The notes under the pieces are model-generated. The model saw only the letters and a list, made by a program, of their open reading frames with translations. It searched no databases and was not told where the DNA came from. From Saprolegnia diclina VS20 (lineage: Eukaryota), in the NCBI RefSeq assembly GCF_000281045.1, contig NW_008246087.1:310900-330899 (forward strand): a stretch of 20,000 nt of DNA, written 5' to 3'. This document shows, piece by piece, positions 9,138 through 20,000 of the stretch. Every line of letters begins with the position of its first letter. The first letter of the stretch is position 1. The translations under genes were made by a program, and so were the position numbers.

Positions 9138-12005
9138 ATGACGACGTCCAAAGTGTCGGTGCTGCGCCTGTGCGTCGCGCTCACGGTTGAACTAGGCACT
9201 GCGGGGACGGTAGCGCGGCCGCCGCCGCAACCGCCAACAGCTGGGTGCAGTCGTCGAAAGAGCTCTTGCATGCGTACGCCGACCCGGACGAGGCGCATCT
9301 CTCGCTGCGCAGTGCGTCACCTCAGCCTATGACGCGGTCGATAATGAACTTGGGCTAGGTGTCGTGCGGCGCGCCATGGAGCGCGAGTACGTCCTCATGC
9401 AGTTCAAGCGGTGCCAAGAGCAAGTGGGCATGGACCCCAACCTGCTCTTCTTTGCAGGTCCTTGCCCATGCCGCCAACCTATCTCATGTAGTGTTGGTGG
9501 TGGTAGAGCCGTACGAGACCGACTTTTTGCGATTTCTCAACACGATCAACGCCGTCCGTGTCCGGATCACCTTTTCGATCGGGGGCCTTGCGTCCGCGCT
9601 CCTCTTTTGGTACGAGGCGGCGCGACTCGACGCTTACGACGCCAGCCTCCAAGGCTTTTCGCCAAACCACGAGCGCGCTTTGTACATTTTGACCTTTGGC
9701 GTCATTGTGCCGACGTTCGCCGCCGGATTTCTCATCTCGTTCTGGCCGCGCGCCCAGCGCCAGCACCTCGAGCGGTAGGTTCCTTTCTTAGTCGAAATGA
9801 CTTCGAGTCCGAGTGATAGCATTGCGATCTGCGTCTACTGGATCGTGGCCATGGCGTTCATTACGAAAAAGTGGGTTCAAGCTGCGACCGGGCCCGTCTT
9901 GCCGCTCGTGATCCTCTTCATCCCGATCTTCAACGTCACGCGCGGCCGGTTTGCGTACAACTGCGTCCTCGGCTGGAGCATCGTCGTCACGTATGTAGAC
10001 AATATTGTGTGTTATATTCGACTTCGACTAGGTATTTCATCGTGGAGCTCTCCCTCGGGCCCGACCTGACGTCCGCGGTCGTATTCCAGTCGGTCAACTA
10101 CTCGATGGGCGTAATTGCGGGTATGGTGTCTAACTACCAGCGGGTACGACGTAGCAGTATCTACGATCCGGTATTGAGGGTACTCTCGACTAGGAAATTC
10201 TCAAGCGACGCAACTATACACTGGGACTGCCCTTTCAAGGTATCAATGGTTAGCGTGTATCCTGCTAATCTGTGGGGATTAGGGGTCATTAGCGACGCGT
10301 CGTCGCGCATCCACGACCCACGGTATCGCAAGGAGCATTTGTGCTCGACCATAACGCAAGCGTTTCGCAGCGACGAGCTCGAACAGTAGACAATATCGTC
10401 CATTCTCCACAGCACAGTATACGCGTATAGGTATTTCATTCGGTACTGGTATCTCCTCGACGGCAGTCCGTACGAGAACCCCAAGGCGGGCGTGCTGCAC
10501 CTCAACGTCTACCGCGGCATCCGCAACTCCACCATCGGTCTGCTTCTTGCATGGCGCCGTGGCTAACTATGGAGTAGCGCTCTTCCTCAACCAAATCACG
10601 CTCAGTCTCCAAGATACCATCAATCTCAACGGCCAAGACATCTACCCGTGGACCTTCCTCTTGCGACATGGCGGTGTCTGCGCCATGTACGCGCTGCAGT
10701 ACCGTCTTTTCTACTACTATGGCCGCTTGTACGCCAACCTGTGGCGGAGCCAGCGCGAAGCAAAGCTGTCGGTGGTCCAGCCGCAGAAGAAGTATGTGGC
10801 GCCGAGCGACAACTCGCCGCCATCGTCGCCGGCCAAAACAACCATTTACGTGCAAACCAAAGCCGTGCTCGATCGTACCATGGACGGTTTGGATGGCGGC
10901 GTACGACCACAGTGCAAAAATGGTGGAAATGTTTCACAAAATTTGGGAAACTTAGATGCAAAAAGCCCAACAAATGACGACACTCATTACAAGCCAAGTC
11001 AAGCAAGTCGTCCACGAGAAGCGGGGATACACGCACTCGGCGCAGCGCACAACATTGCTCGTGCTGGCCGTGCACATTAGCGTCAGCGGTATGCGTTCGT
11101 TTCATATGGTGACGCCAACGCTATCGGTAGGCGGTATCTTTTTTTGGATCGCGACCTCGATTGGCGCCAAGTCGGTCTATCTCATGGGCTTCCTCAACGC
11201 TCTTCTGTCGGCGCACCGGTCCGGTTTTCGCCTTAGGTTCATCCTTCGAAATATGTCCTTTCGGTCTATAGTCACACGCCAATTAGGTTTGTCTACTCGA
11301 GCACGGGGACAAGTGCGCTCAGCATTGCCTTTGTGACCCTTCTCAAATGGCTCGTGCCCGAACGCTTTACCGAGTTCATGTCGTATGTCCTTGTCGTCCA
11401 ACTCCTTGGCATGATCATCTCGTACGAAGAAGAAAACCTGCGCCGGTACAATACCGATACAGTGTTTTGCATCGAGATACACTGGATGAAATAGCTCGTT
11501 CTTTATCAAGAAGACGCTGCGACTGCTCGAATTCCAGTCGTGGTGCCGCGACACGATTCTGCTTCCCCTCTGGATCCGCAACAAGCTCCGCGAGAAGGCT
11601 TCGTCGGCCAAAGCGCGTGTGAGTGCAAAGCACGCAGCTTCGACGACGACGACTCCGAATGTGAGCGACGAGCCCAATCTCAAACTCAATTTGCGGGCGT
11701 CCTTGGCGGTGCTCAAAACCGTGGTCGCCAACCCGATGCAAACAGTCGCGGGACTCAAGACCGCCGTGGCCCATCCACTGCAAACCGCCGCCGCTCTTCC
11801 GTCGGCGCTGCCCACGATGGGTCGCTTCAACGTCGATTGGCGCATCGACCTGCGCGAGCTCCAGGCACATCTCAACAAAGAGAACGACGTTGTCACGAGC
11901 GCGTCCGCTCGGTACAGCAAAGCCAGCCTCTACGGGGTCTACGCCAACTCGGTCAATGTTCTCATCGCGGCGGGCCAAGTCATCTTTTTCTTTGCCCGGC
12001 GATGA
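9138..12005 (+). CDS. Multi-exon polytopic membrane protein with two adenylyl-cyclase-like membrane modules, no cyclase domain seen
   Basis: Introns 9155-9195 (uncertain), 9312-9358, 9458-9506, 9775-9819, 9991-10031, 10144-10193, 10240-10282, 10386-10430, 10538-10577, 10901-10955, 11089-11130, 11237-11286 and 11446-11494 give one open frame ending ...QVIFFFARR*. The 5' end is tentative. Confidence 0.72.
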
Positions 12006-12070
12006 GATAGAGTTGCATTTTCTCTCGACGAAATCGGCCACAAACTCCAGCGTACGAATAGTAATACTAT

Positions 12071-12909
12071 CTAGCTTTTCATTGACAGTGAATAACGACT
12101 TTTTGCGCGAAGCGCGGTAGTCCCGTAGCGAGTGCATTTGGTATCGTTGGGGCCTGCTGCGATAGCGCGGGAGGTTGCACCGCAGTGTAGTTTCCGGCTG
12201 AACGCCGGTAGCGGTCCGCTGGGCACCGCAACGAAGCGGAAGTCAAGTCCGTCGCACGCGTCCATCATTCGCCATGTGAATGCGTGTTTGCAGTAGAAAG
12301 GGTGCGTTGGATGTGCATAGTACAAGAGCCCGTAAGGGTGGAAGGCATCCACACTGTCCAAGCTACGACACAGACATACCGCTACGTTGCACGCGGCCCC
12401 GATACCAAACTGGAATCAAAAAGCGCGACAGCACCCTGCACAAACCTTCTACACGGATCAAACCGCTGCGCATGCTACGCAGAAAGACCGCTAGATGGCC
12501 CACCAACCCTGTGCCCCACCTCAACCACAAAGACCAACCACACCCTGCCCGAAGAAAACCCGAGGTTTGGGGCAGGGTACGTTGAACTTCAATGCACATG
12601 ATCCCGTCCACCGAATCTAAACTACTAGTACATCACACGTAGTACACGATCCCTCTGCTAGCTTGCACGCTACCCCAATGCAAAACCCTGTTACGACGTT
12701 GTTGGAAGTTGCTGCTGCAAGGTATCGCGCATCGGGTCAAAAGCGCGCCAGACCGCGCGAATGAATGGACAGCGCACTAGAAGATGGTCATACGCGCCAC
12801 GCTCGTGTCCCACCTCCATCTCTCCGAGTCTAGCCATCGAGTCTAGCTGCCGCGGATCGTCTCTGAACTCATCCAGCGCTAGCCAATGGCTCTGTATCCA
12901 CTTCATCAT
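12071..12909 (-). CDS. Possible fragmented multi-exon hypothetical gene
   Basis: Coding-like segments MMKWIQSHWLALDEFRDDPRQLD... and LCRVLSRFLIPV(C)/LDSVDAFHPYGLLYYAHP..., the latter joined by a plausible GT-AG intron at about 12405-12363. A full model was not resolved. Confidence 0.25.
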
Positions 12910-13241
12910 GACAGCCTGCTCTCAGTTCGTTGCAGAGACGATGCAGCAATCTCGTGCCCGACAGCTCCGACTCCCTTGCGTGGGCTGCGACAACCAGCGA
13001 TCGACTTCTACGCTTGTTATACCGCGTAATAGCGCGTCGACAGGCCCATTTACCCTACCCCTAGCTCAAACGCACCAAACCCGACAACATACAAACATCA
13101 CACGATCGATTATAATAAATAAGACTAGGAAAACTAGGCAATAAATACGTCGGGTACGAGGACGCCGATAGGAACGGACAGGAGCCGCCGTCGGGGTGGA
13201 GAAATGAAGCCAATTGTCGTCGTAGTATCGCTTATCTACGT

Positions 13242-14811
13242 CTAGCCTTGGACGCCATAGTCGGCGCGGTACTTCTTGATCGTCGAGACGTACGTCGCGC
13301 GGTCGGCGGCCGAGAGCGCCATCGAGGTCTCGCTTTCAAGCAGCGCCACAAGCGCGTTGAGGTTCGCGATCGCAATCACCGGAATCTCGAACTGCGCTTC
13401 GACGAGCTGGATCGCCGACCGCGTGTCCGTGATCGACGCCTTCTCCTGACGGTCGAGCGAGATGCAGACGCCGACGACGTTGGCCTTGGCGTGCTGCAGA
13501 ATGTGCATGGCTTCCGTGATGGCCGTGCCGGCCGTGATCACATCGTCGACGAGCAAGACGCTATCACGTCATTCAGCAACGCATATGACGTGATCACAGA
13601 CATACCGCTTGCCGACGACATCGGCACCGACGAGGACACCGCCTTCGCCGTGGTCCTTGGCTTCCTTGCGGTTGAACGTGAACGGCACTTCGCGGCCGTA
13701 GAGGTCGTCAAAGCCGATCGCGATCGCCCCCGCGAGCGTGATACCCTTGTACGCCGGGCCAAAGAGCACGTCAAACTCAATGCCGCTTTCCTAATATCAC
13801 GTCATCATGAGACATGGCGGTGCAAGCATCCCGTCGTACGTGGATGGTCTGGGCGTAGAAGCGGCCGAGCTGGCGGAGCATGCGGCCCGTCTTGAAGAGA
13901 CCGGCGTTAAAAAAGTAGGGCGATTGGCGACCCGACTTGAGCGTGAACGAACCGAGCTTGAGCACGTCGCAGGACATGCAAAAGTTGAGGAAGGCGGCCT
14001 GCGTCTTGGCGGCGAGGCGTGCACGCACCGCGTTGATGGCATCGCGGAACTCGACCGCGGCCTGGCGCGGGTTGGCGGCCCTGGAGATGCCACGGGAGAC
14101 AGGCAGCAAGAGGCCAAACCCATCAGCCGAGCAGCCGGCTTCGACAGCCGCCTCCAAGTTGCCGCCCTGCGCGCCGAGACCGGGCGCGAGGAGCCACATG
14201 GTGGGGCAGACCTTGCGCACGTTCTTGAGCGCGTCGACGTCCGTGGCGCCGACGACAAGGCCAATGTTGTCCTTCGTGTTCCACTCCTGCGCCTTCTTGG
14301 CCACGTTCTCGTAGACCATCGAGCCGTCCTGGAGCACAAGCGTCTGGAAGTCGTCCGCAGACGGGTTGGACGTCTTGCAGAGCACGAAGCAGCCCTTCTC
14401 CGGGAACTTTTGCATGTCCACGAACGGGTCCACCGAGTCGCGGCCCATGTACGGCGCGAGCGTGATCGCATGCGCCTTGGCCGACTCGAACGCCGCCGTC
14501 GCATACGCCGCCGCCGTCGTGCTAATGTCGCCGCGCTTGGCGTCAAGGAGCACCGGGATGTCCTTGGGGATCGCGGCAATGACATTGTCCAAGGCGACGA
14601 GGCCCTCCGCACCAAAGACCTCAAAGAAGGCAGCGTTGGGCTTGTAGAGCACGGCGACGTCGGTCGTCTGCGCAATGAGGTTGAGGCAGAAGCGCTCGGC
14701 GGCCGCGGCCGTGGGCTCGGGCAGCTCCGACACGTGCGGGTCGAGGCCGACGCAGAGGAGCGAGTTGATCTTCTCGGCGCGGGCGCGGACTGTGGCGAAG
14801 AAGGCAGGCAT
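13242..14811 (-). CDS. OMPDC-OPRT: Bifunctional UMP synthase in reversed order: N-terminal orotidine-5'-phosphate decarboxylase plus C-terminal orotate phosphoribosyltransferase
   Basis: Exons 14811-13840, 13790-13606, 13560-13242. OMPDC motifs [47 protein letters not shown] motifs [44 protein letters not shown]. Confidence 0.96.
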
Positions 14812-16409
14812 GGCGGAAGATACGCGTCGGACCGGCGAAATTCCAAAGTGGCGTTGTGCGTACGATTGGATTTGGAAGGACGGCGCTTGTCGCTGCCTTC
14901 GAACTTCGTTTTGCAGCCACTCGGACTGCGCGATGGGCCGATCCGCGCGATGCCATTGGTCGATTGTGTTTGGTAATCGTCTTTGCTTCGACATAATTAT
15001 CCATACTGTCTCATATAGTGTGGTCTTTTCAAGAATGTCTCTTTAAGGGGCTGGAATGGCTTTGGATTGGCTGGAAAGAGCCAATCAACAGCTATATTTT
15101 CAAATCGAGTCCAAGAAGAGAAAAAGGACGTGGGATCGGCTCCAGGATGGGAGGCTGCCAAGGAGGTCGTGGTCCGCCAGCGACCAAGCCTCTCGATAGC
15201 TCGGCGACGAGCGCCGAAGTGCGTCATTGAAGTCGATGGTGCATCCTCCAAGCACGCACTACGAGAGCGTGGGACCGACTGTTCAGCGAGCACGCGACGG
15301 AGCACCGGTGACAAGGCGAAACAAGTTGCTCCTTCTCAGTTCATCGCACTCGATGAAGGGCGTTCGTTGGCTTACTAGCCCGATGGAGACAGTCTGGTGC
15401 ACTAGGAAGAGCATACGAAATGGGCTAGAGAGGCCGCCCTTGCGTCACCACTTGTAAAATCAACCCATCCAATTGAGGAAGAGGCGGGGCAAGTTCTTCT
15501 CCTGGCTGCGGCGGTGGGCACGAACGTGTGGTGTGTGGCGGCAGCATTCTTGTTGACGCGGGTTATCGCTCGAAATATTTGTCGATTCCTTGAACGAATG
15601 TACATGAGCAGGCGTACACTGTACGCTGTTATATGCGGGGCGCAATCGAGCCACGGTGGCGCCACCAGCGCGAGGTGACCATGCTGCGTACAACGACGTG
15701 CACGATTCCATTTTGGCCACGTCGGTTCAGCGCCCGCTTCGATTCGCTTTCTATAAATCGAAAGCTGCGTCATGCGAATTGATAGCGTCCTGTCCGGAAC
15801 CACTCGAGTGGGACTATGACCAGCGTTCCATCTTGCCGTGCTCGCGCGAAAGCTTGCAGTCTACAAGCTCCGTCAAACGTTAGCAAGATGTCCTTATTCA
15901 CCACCCAGCAAACACCAATCCCCTGACGATCCCGACCAAGAAGGGAGCTCACGCAACGAGTCGCTTGCAGCGAATGTGTCAACAAAAGGCGTCCACGTTT
16001 ACGCCTTGTCGTGCCGAGCAAACACTTTGATGTCGCACCCCGACGGTCGCACCCAAGTCGGTCAACCGTCAAGTTCGACGGTTGACGCTGTTGCCATTTC
16101 GCAGAGCAAACTCGGCACCAGCCGACGACATGCAGCGGCAGGCTCGTGTCATGTCGAGAGTGGGGCTGTGGACACAAAGTCAGCGTGTCACGCGTTATCC
16201 GGAATTCGTACCTCCAAGCTGCAAATTCGTGCTTGCAACGGCGAATAAATCCAGTATATGCGGAATTCCTGCTGGTGGCGAAACGCATTGGCGCGCAGAG
16301 TGGGATGATCATCGGCAGTCTGTGCACGTGGGAGGATGACACGAGGTTGACCGTGGGATGATCATCGTCGGCCATGTGATGCAGCGTGACGGGATTATTC
16401 GACTTGGCG

Positions 16410-16426
16410 TCATTTCCCACATTTCC
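16410..16426 (+). promoter_or_regulatory. Oomycete INR+FPR-like core promoter element
   Basis: TCATTTC (YCAYTYY) followed by CATTTCC (MWTTTNC), starting 40 nt before the ankyrin ATG. Spacing is about one base longer than the usual consensus. Confidence 0.4.
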
Positions 16427-16449
16427 GCTTGCGAGCTCTGTAGAGGACC

Positions 16450-17487
16450 ATGAAGCGCCGACGCCGCCTGTGTGCAGGCGCTGCCTCGGCTGTCCTTCTC
16501 AACGACCACCTCCTCTCGACCATCTCGGGGTACCAGCAAGGCCTCTACGAAGAGCTCGTGCCCATCTACCGCGAGTGGGCCGCGATGCAGAACGAGGACG
16601 GTCAGTTTCTCTTCCTCATCGACCAGTACCTTCTCTACATGGACCCCGTGAGTCTCCAGAAGCTTCACGTGCACACCAAACACCCGCGTTTCCTCCTCCA
16701 CCTTGCGATCGTCCAAGGCCAAATGCCACTGCTCTCCCGCTGGCTGCGCTGCGTCGGTACCGCCTGGATCAACCACGACACAATGAACTGCGCCGCGCGC
16801 CACGGCCAGCTCGAAATCGTCACGTACCTCGCGACCTCGACACGGTTGCGCTGCTCGGCCGACGCCATGGCGTACGCAGCTGCCAACGGTCATCTCGATG
16901 TCGTCAAGTACTTTTACGCGATCGACCCGGGTCTCGCGACGCCGTATGCGCTCCACCAAGCCGCCGAGTACGGGCATTTGCACGTGGTCGCTTTCTTTGC
17001 GCGGCGGTGTCCCCATGCGTTTGCACGCGGCGCAATGGACTATGCCGCTGCCAACGGCCACCTCGCGGTCGTGCGGTACCTGCACGAAACGCAGAGCGAC
17101 GCCAGTGTCTGCTCGACGAACGCGATGGACTTTGCGGCTGCGAACGGCCACTTGGACGTGGTCAAGTTTTTACACCAAGCGCGCGACGAAGGGTGCACGT
17201 GGAATGCAATGGACGAAGCCGCGACCAACGGGTACTTGGCCGTCGTCGTCTTCTTGCATCAACACCGAAAAGAAGGCTGCTCGCGCGAAGCCATTCGCGG
17301 CGCCGCGGGCAATGGCCACGACGATATCGTTGCTTACTTGCGGGACCACGGTCTCGGGTGCAGCCCCCGCGATGCGTGGAAGACGTATACGTACGATGTG
17401 ACAGAGGACGGTGTGGCGCTATCCGGCGAAGCCTGGCCGTCGATCGAAGACTCGCTGGACTTTCTTATGGACTCGCTGACGCGGTGA
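16450..17487 (+). CDS. Ankyrin-repeat protein (oomycete expanded type)
   Basis: About 7 repeats of the form AMDxAAANGHLxVVxYL/FLH; intronless, 345 aa. Confidence 0.92.
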   Translation: MKRRRRLCAGAASAVLLNDHLLSTISGYQQGLYEELVPIYREWAAMQNEDGQFLFLIDQYLLYMDPVSLQKLHVHTKHPRFLLHLAIVQGQMPLLSRWLRCVGTAWINHDTMNCAARHGQLEIVTYLATSTRLRCSADAMAYAAANGHLDVVKYFYAIDPGLATPYALHQAAEYGHLHVVAFFARRCPHAFARGAMDYAAANGHLAVVRYLHETQSDASVCSTNAMDFAAANGHLDVVKFLHQARDEGCTWNAMDEAATNGYLAVVVFLHQHRKEGCSREAIRGAAGNGHDDIVAYLRDHGLGCSPRDAWKTYTYDVTEDGVALSGEAWPSIEDSLDFLMDSLTR

Positions 17488-17929
17488 TGTTCGTCGAGTC
17501 GGACAAACTAAAGTACAAGCCTAACTTACGCTACTGTGTGTGGAGATGCACGTTGCGGTGGTGGAAGAGAGATGCACTGTGGACATGCACACCAGAGACA
17601 GTAGAGCTCACAGAGACTGCGCGTTTTCGCGCCTTCAAGCTTCTGCAAAATTGATGACTACTCCCGTTTCATTCCCTGGCCTTGGCGCCATTAAGTGTTG
17701 GCTCTCGCACGCAACTTCAACCGGGTTGGACCAATCGCATGGGCGTCTCGAGGGCCTGTCCTATCACAAGCGCGTGGGACAGTTGTACGACATTTGTCCT
17801 TTCATCCAAGTACTACCTTTGTAGAATGGACCAACTAGACGAGCAACGGAGTGATTTCGCCTCTATCGACAAGGCAACCATGGTACACACGTTCACATTA
17901 TATACGGCCAAAATGAAAACACAGAGACT

Positions 17930-19433
17930 TTACGCGTGGTCGACGCCAGCTTCGCGGCTGCCCGGCGACAAGAGCGACTTGTCAAGGCGGCTGGTGTGGG
18001 CGACGATGTTGGCCTTGATCGTCGTGTAAAACAGCACAGTGCCGCCGACAAAGTAGACAATCGCAATCACAATTGCAACCAAAAAGTCGTCGGGCGACAC
18101 GACGCCTTGGTAGATGATCGACGAGAGCGCGTAGGCACACAGCGCGAGGCAGACGCAAGCACCGGGAACACCAAAGAACGACTTGTACGGTCGCGGAAGG
18201 TCGGGTTCGTGGCGGCGCAGATGGATGAACGAGACGAGCTGAAAGGCATACGAGATGAGCGCACCGGTGAGCGCCAAGTTGATCATGACCGAGCCGAGGC
18301 GCACGTCGCCGATCGCAAAATGCAATCTACAATATCAATGTATCAACCACGCACAACATTCGGTCGTACGAAATCGCAAGAAGGAGTGCAAAGCACGATC
18401 CGAGAATGAGCGCCGCGTACGGCGTGTGGTTGGTCGAATGCAGCCGCTTGAGCACCGATGGCAAGAAGCCGTCGCGCGCCATCGCAAAGAGAAGCCGGCC
18501 CATGCAAAAAATAAACGAATGAAAGCTCGCGAGGAGACCTACAATGAGCAGCCACGAGAACCCGGCCGTCGTCGCATTGTCGCCAAATACGCTCTTGTAG
18601 CCGTCGAGGAGCGGCGACGTCGAAGCATAGAATTTGTCAGCACCCGGGCTAATGCCAGAGTTGAAGAAGAGCGTACAAAACGACAGCACGAAAAGCGTTG
18701 CGATCGACGAGAGGAGGCCGCGGGGCATGTTGTACGCCGGGTCGATCGTCTCTTCGACTGCAAGCGGCAGCTCTTCGATGCCGAGGTAAAACCACATTGC
18801 AAACGAGAGACCGGTCACGAGCCCTTTCGAGCCGTCGACAAACTCCATGTTGGGCGCCGCAATGAACTGGTCGTAGCTAAACTGCGTGGCCGCGCCAATG
18901 TAGAACACGACGAGGATCAGCACCGAGAGCACAGTCGCAAAGAGCTGGACGCGGAAGCTGAGCGCGATGCCGGCAATGTTGAGCAACGTGAAGAGCACGA
19001 AGAAGAGTGCCCACCACAGCGGCCCGCTGTTGCTGCTGCTCCACCCAAAGAGCTGGATGATGTAGCTGCCAATGCCGACCGAGACGACCGCGCACGTGAC
19101 AATGACCTTGAGCACTTCGGCGAGACCGGCAAAGTACGCCGCCATCGGACCGAGCGCGCGATGCGCAAAGGCATACGGCCCACCGCCGCATGGAATCGAC
19201 GTCGAGAGTTCGGCGATCGAGAACGAGAGCAGAATGTAGAGCACCGAGACGATGAGGAGGTTGATCGCGAGACCCCAAAAGCCGGCGCTCAAGCCCGCTT
19301 GCCTAGAGATCCATCAGTAGGTCACTCAGAACTTAGTGGCGATGTAAACATACCAGCCAAAGAAGTCGCCGCTGACGACGGCGCCGACGCCGAGCGCCCA
19401 GAGGTGCGGGGCCTTGGCGAAGCGATGCGAGTC
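17930..19433 (-). CDS. APC-superfamily amino acid/ethanolamine permease (5' part hidden by gap)
   Basis: Exons (gap)19433-19354, 19302-18370, 18326-17930. HLWALGVGAVVSGDFFGWQAGL, AELSTSIPCGGGPYAFAHRALG, AMWFYLGIEELPLAVEETIDP, GRLLFAMARDGFLP, LRRHEPDLPRPYKS. Confidence 0.9.
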
Positions 19434-19667
19434 NNNNNNNNNNNNNNNNNNNNNNNNNNNNNNNNNNNNNNNNNNNNNNNNNNNNNNNNNNNNNNNNNNN
19501 NNNNNNNNNNNNNNNNNNNNNNNNNNNNNNNNNNNNNNNNNNNNNNNNNNNNNNNNNNNNNNNNNNNNNNNNNNNNNNNNNNNNNNNNNNNNNNNNNNNN
19601 NNNNNNNNNNNNNNNNNNNNNNNNNNNNNNNNNNNNNNNNNNNNNNNNNNNNNNNNNNNNNNNNNNN
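19434..19667. other. Assembly gap (234 N)
   Basis: Run of n characters that interrupts the permease 5' region. Confidence 1.
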
Positions 19668-20000
19668 CACGCCGCATACAAAAAACAAGTGTGCTCGAGC
19701 GGACATGTGCCCAATACAAAGCGTCATAGATGTACGTACGGGCCATACCGCACAGCTGGAACAGGACGCGGGACGGAAGCGGGCGTCTGCAACTCGAGTA
19801 CCTTGCGCTTTGTATGCAAAACGTTAGCGGCGAGTAGCTTGCGTCGTCACGCCGAGCGCGAAGGGCAGCAGGTGGTGCACCTGCCAATCAGGTTGGAGAA
19901 GGACGATTACTGACCCGTTTCTTCGGAGGGTCCTTGGAAGCAGCTCCTCTTCAAGCAAGCGCGCGACGGCTTGGCCTCGGCTCTGGGCTTCCCAGCGGCA

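Noticed and set aside
14812..14994. 61-aa N-terminal extension of OMPDC-OPRT, and the 3852 start for AMPK-beta
   Set aside because: The extensions lack codon bias; downstream ATGs at 14811 and 4026 match family starts.
1767..19433. Functional phospholipid gene cluster (CDP-DAG synthase, UMPS for CTP supply, ethanolamine permease)
   Set aside because: The genes are interspersed with unrelated ones, and chance proximity in a compact genome is sufficient.
1..20000. CRISPR arrays, transposase/RT genes, rRNA or tRNA
   Set aside because: None seen; the window is eukaryotic and has no periodic direct repeats or mobile-element domains.

Overview
Gene-dense eukaryotic DNA, most likely an oomycete of the Saprolegnia/Achlya type. 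This is inferred from GC3-rich codons, very short 40-55 nt introns, a reversed OMPDC-OPRT fusion and an oomycete-style ankyrin gene. From left to right: the 3' end of an unannotated micro-exon gene (10 consecutive phase-2 introns); a phosphatidate cytidylyltransferase; a ~200 nt intergenic fold-back hairpin; AMPK/SNF1 beta subunit; OST5/TMEM258; a Cys glutathione peroxidase with signal peptide and HDEL; a degenerate cytidylyltransferase paralog; a ~14-exon protein with two adenylyl-cyclase-like membrane modules but no visible cyclase domain; OMPDC-OPRT; an ankyrin-repeat protein; and an ethanolamine-permease-like APC transporter whose 5' part falls in an N gap. All exon models were spliced by hand. 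The best novelty candidates are the symmetric micro-exon gene (25-1107), the pre-miRNA-like hairpin (3433-3636), the cyclase-less membrane protein and the pseudo-cytidylyltransferase.
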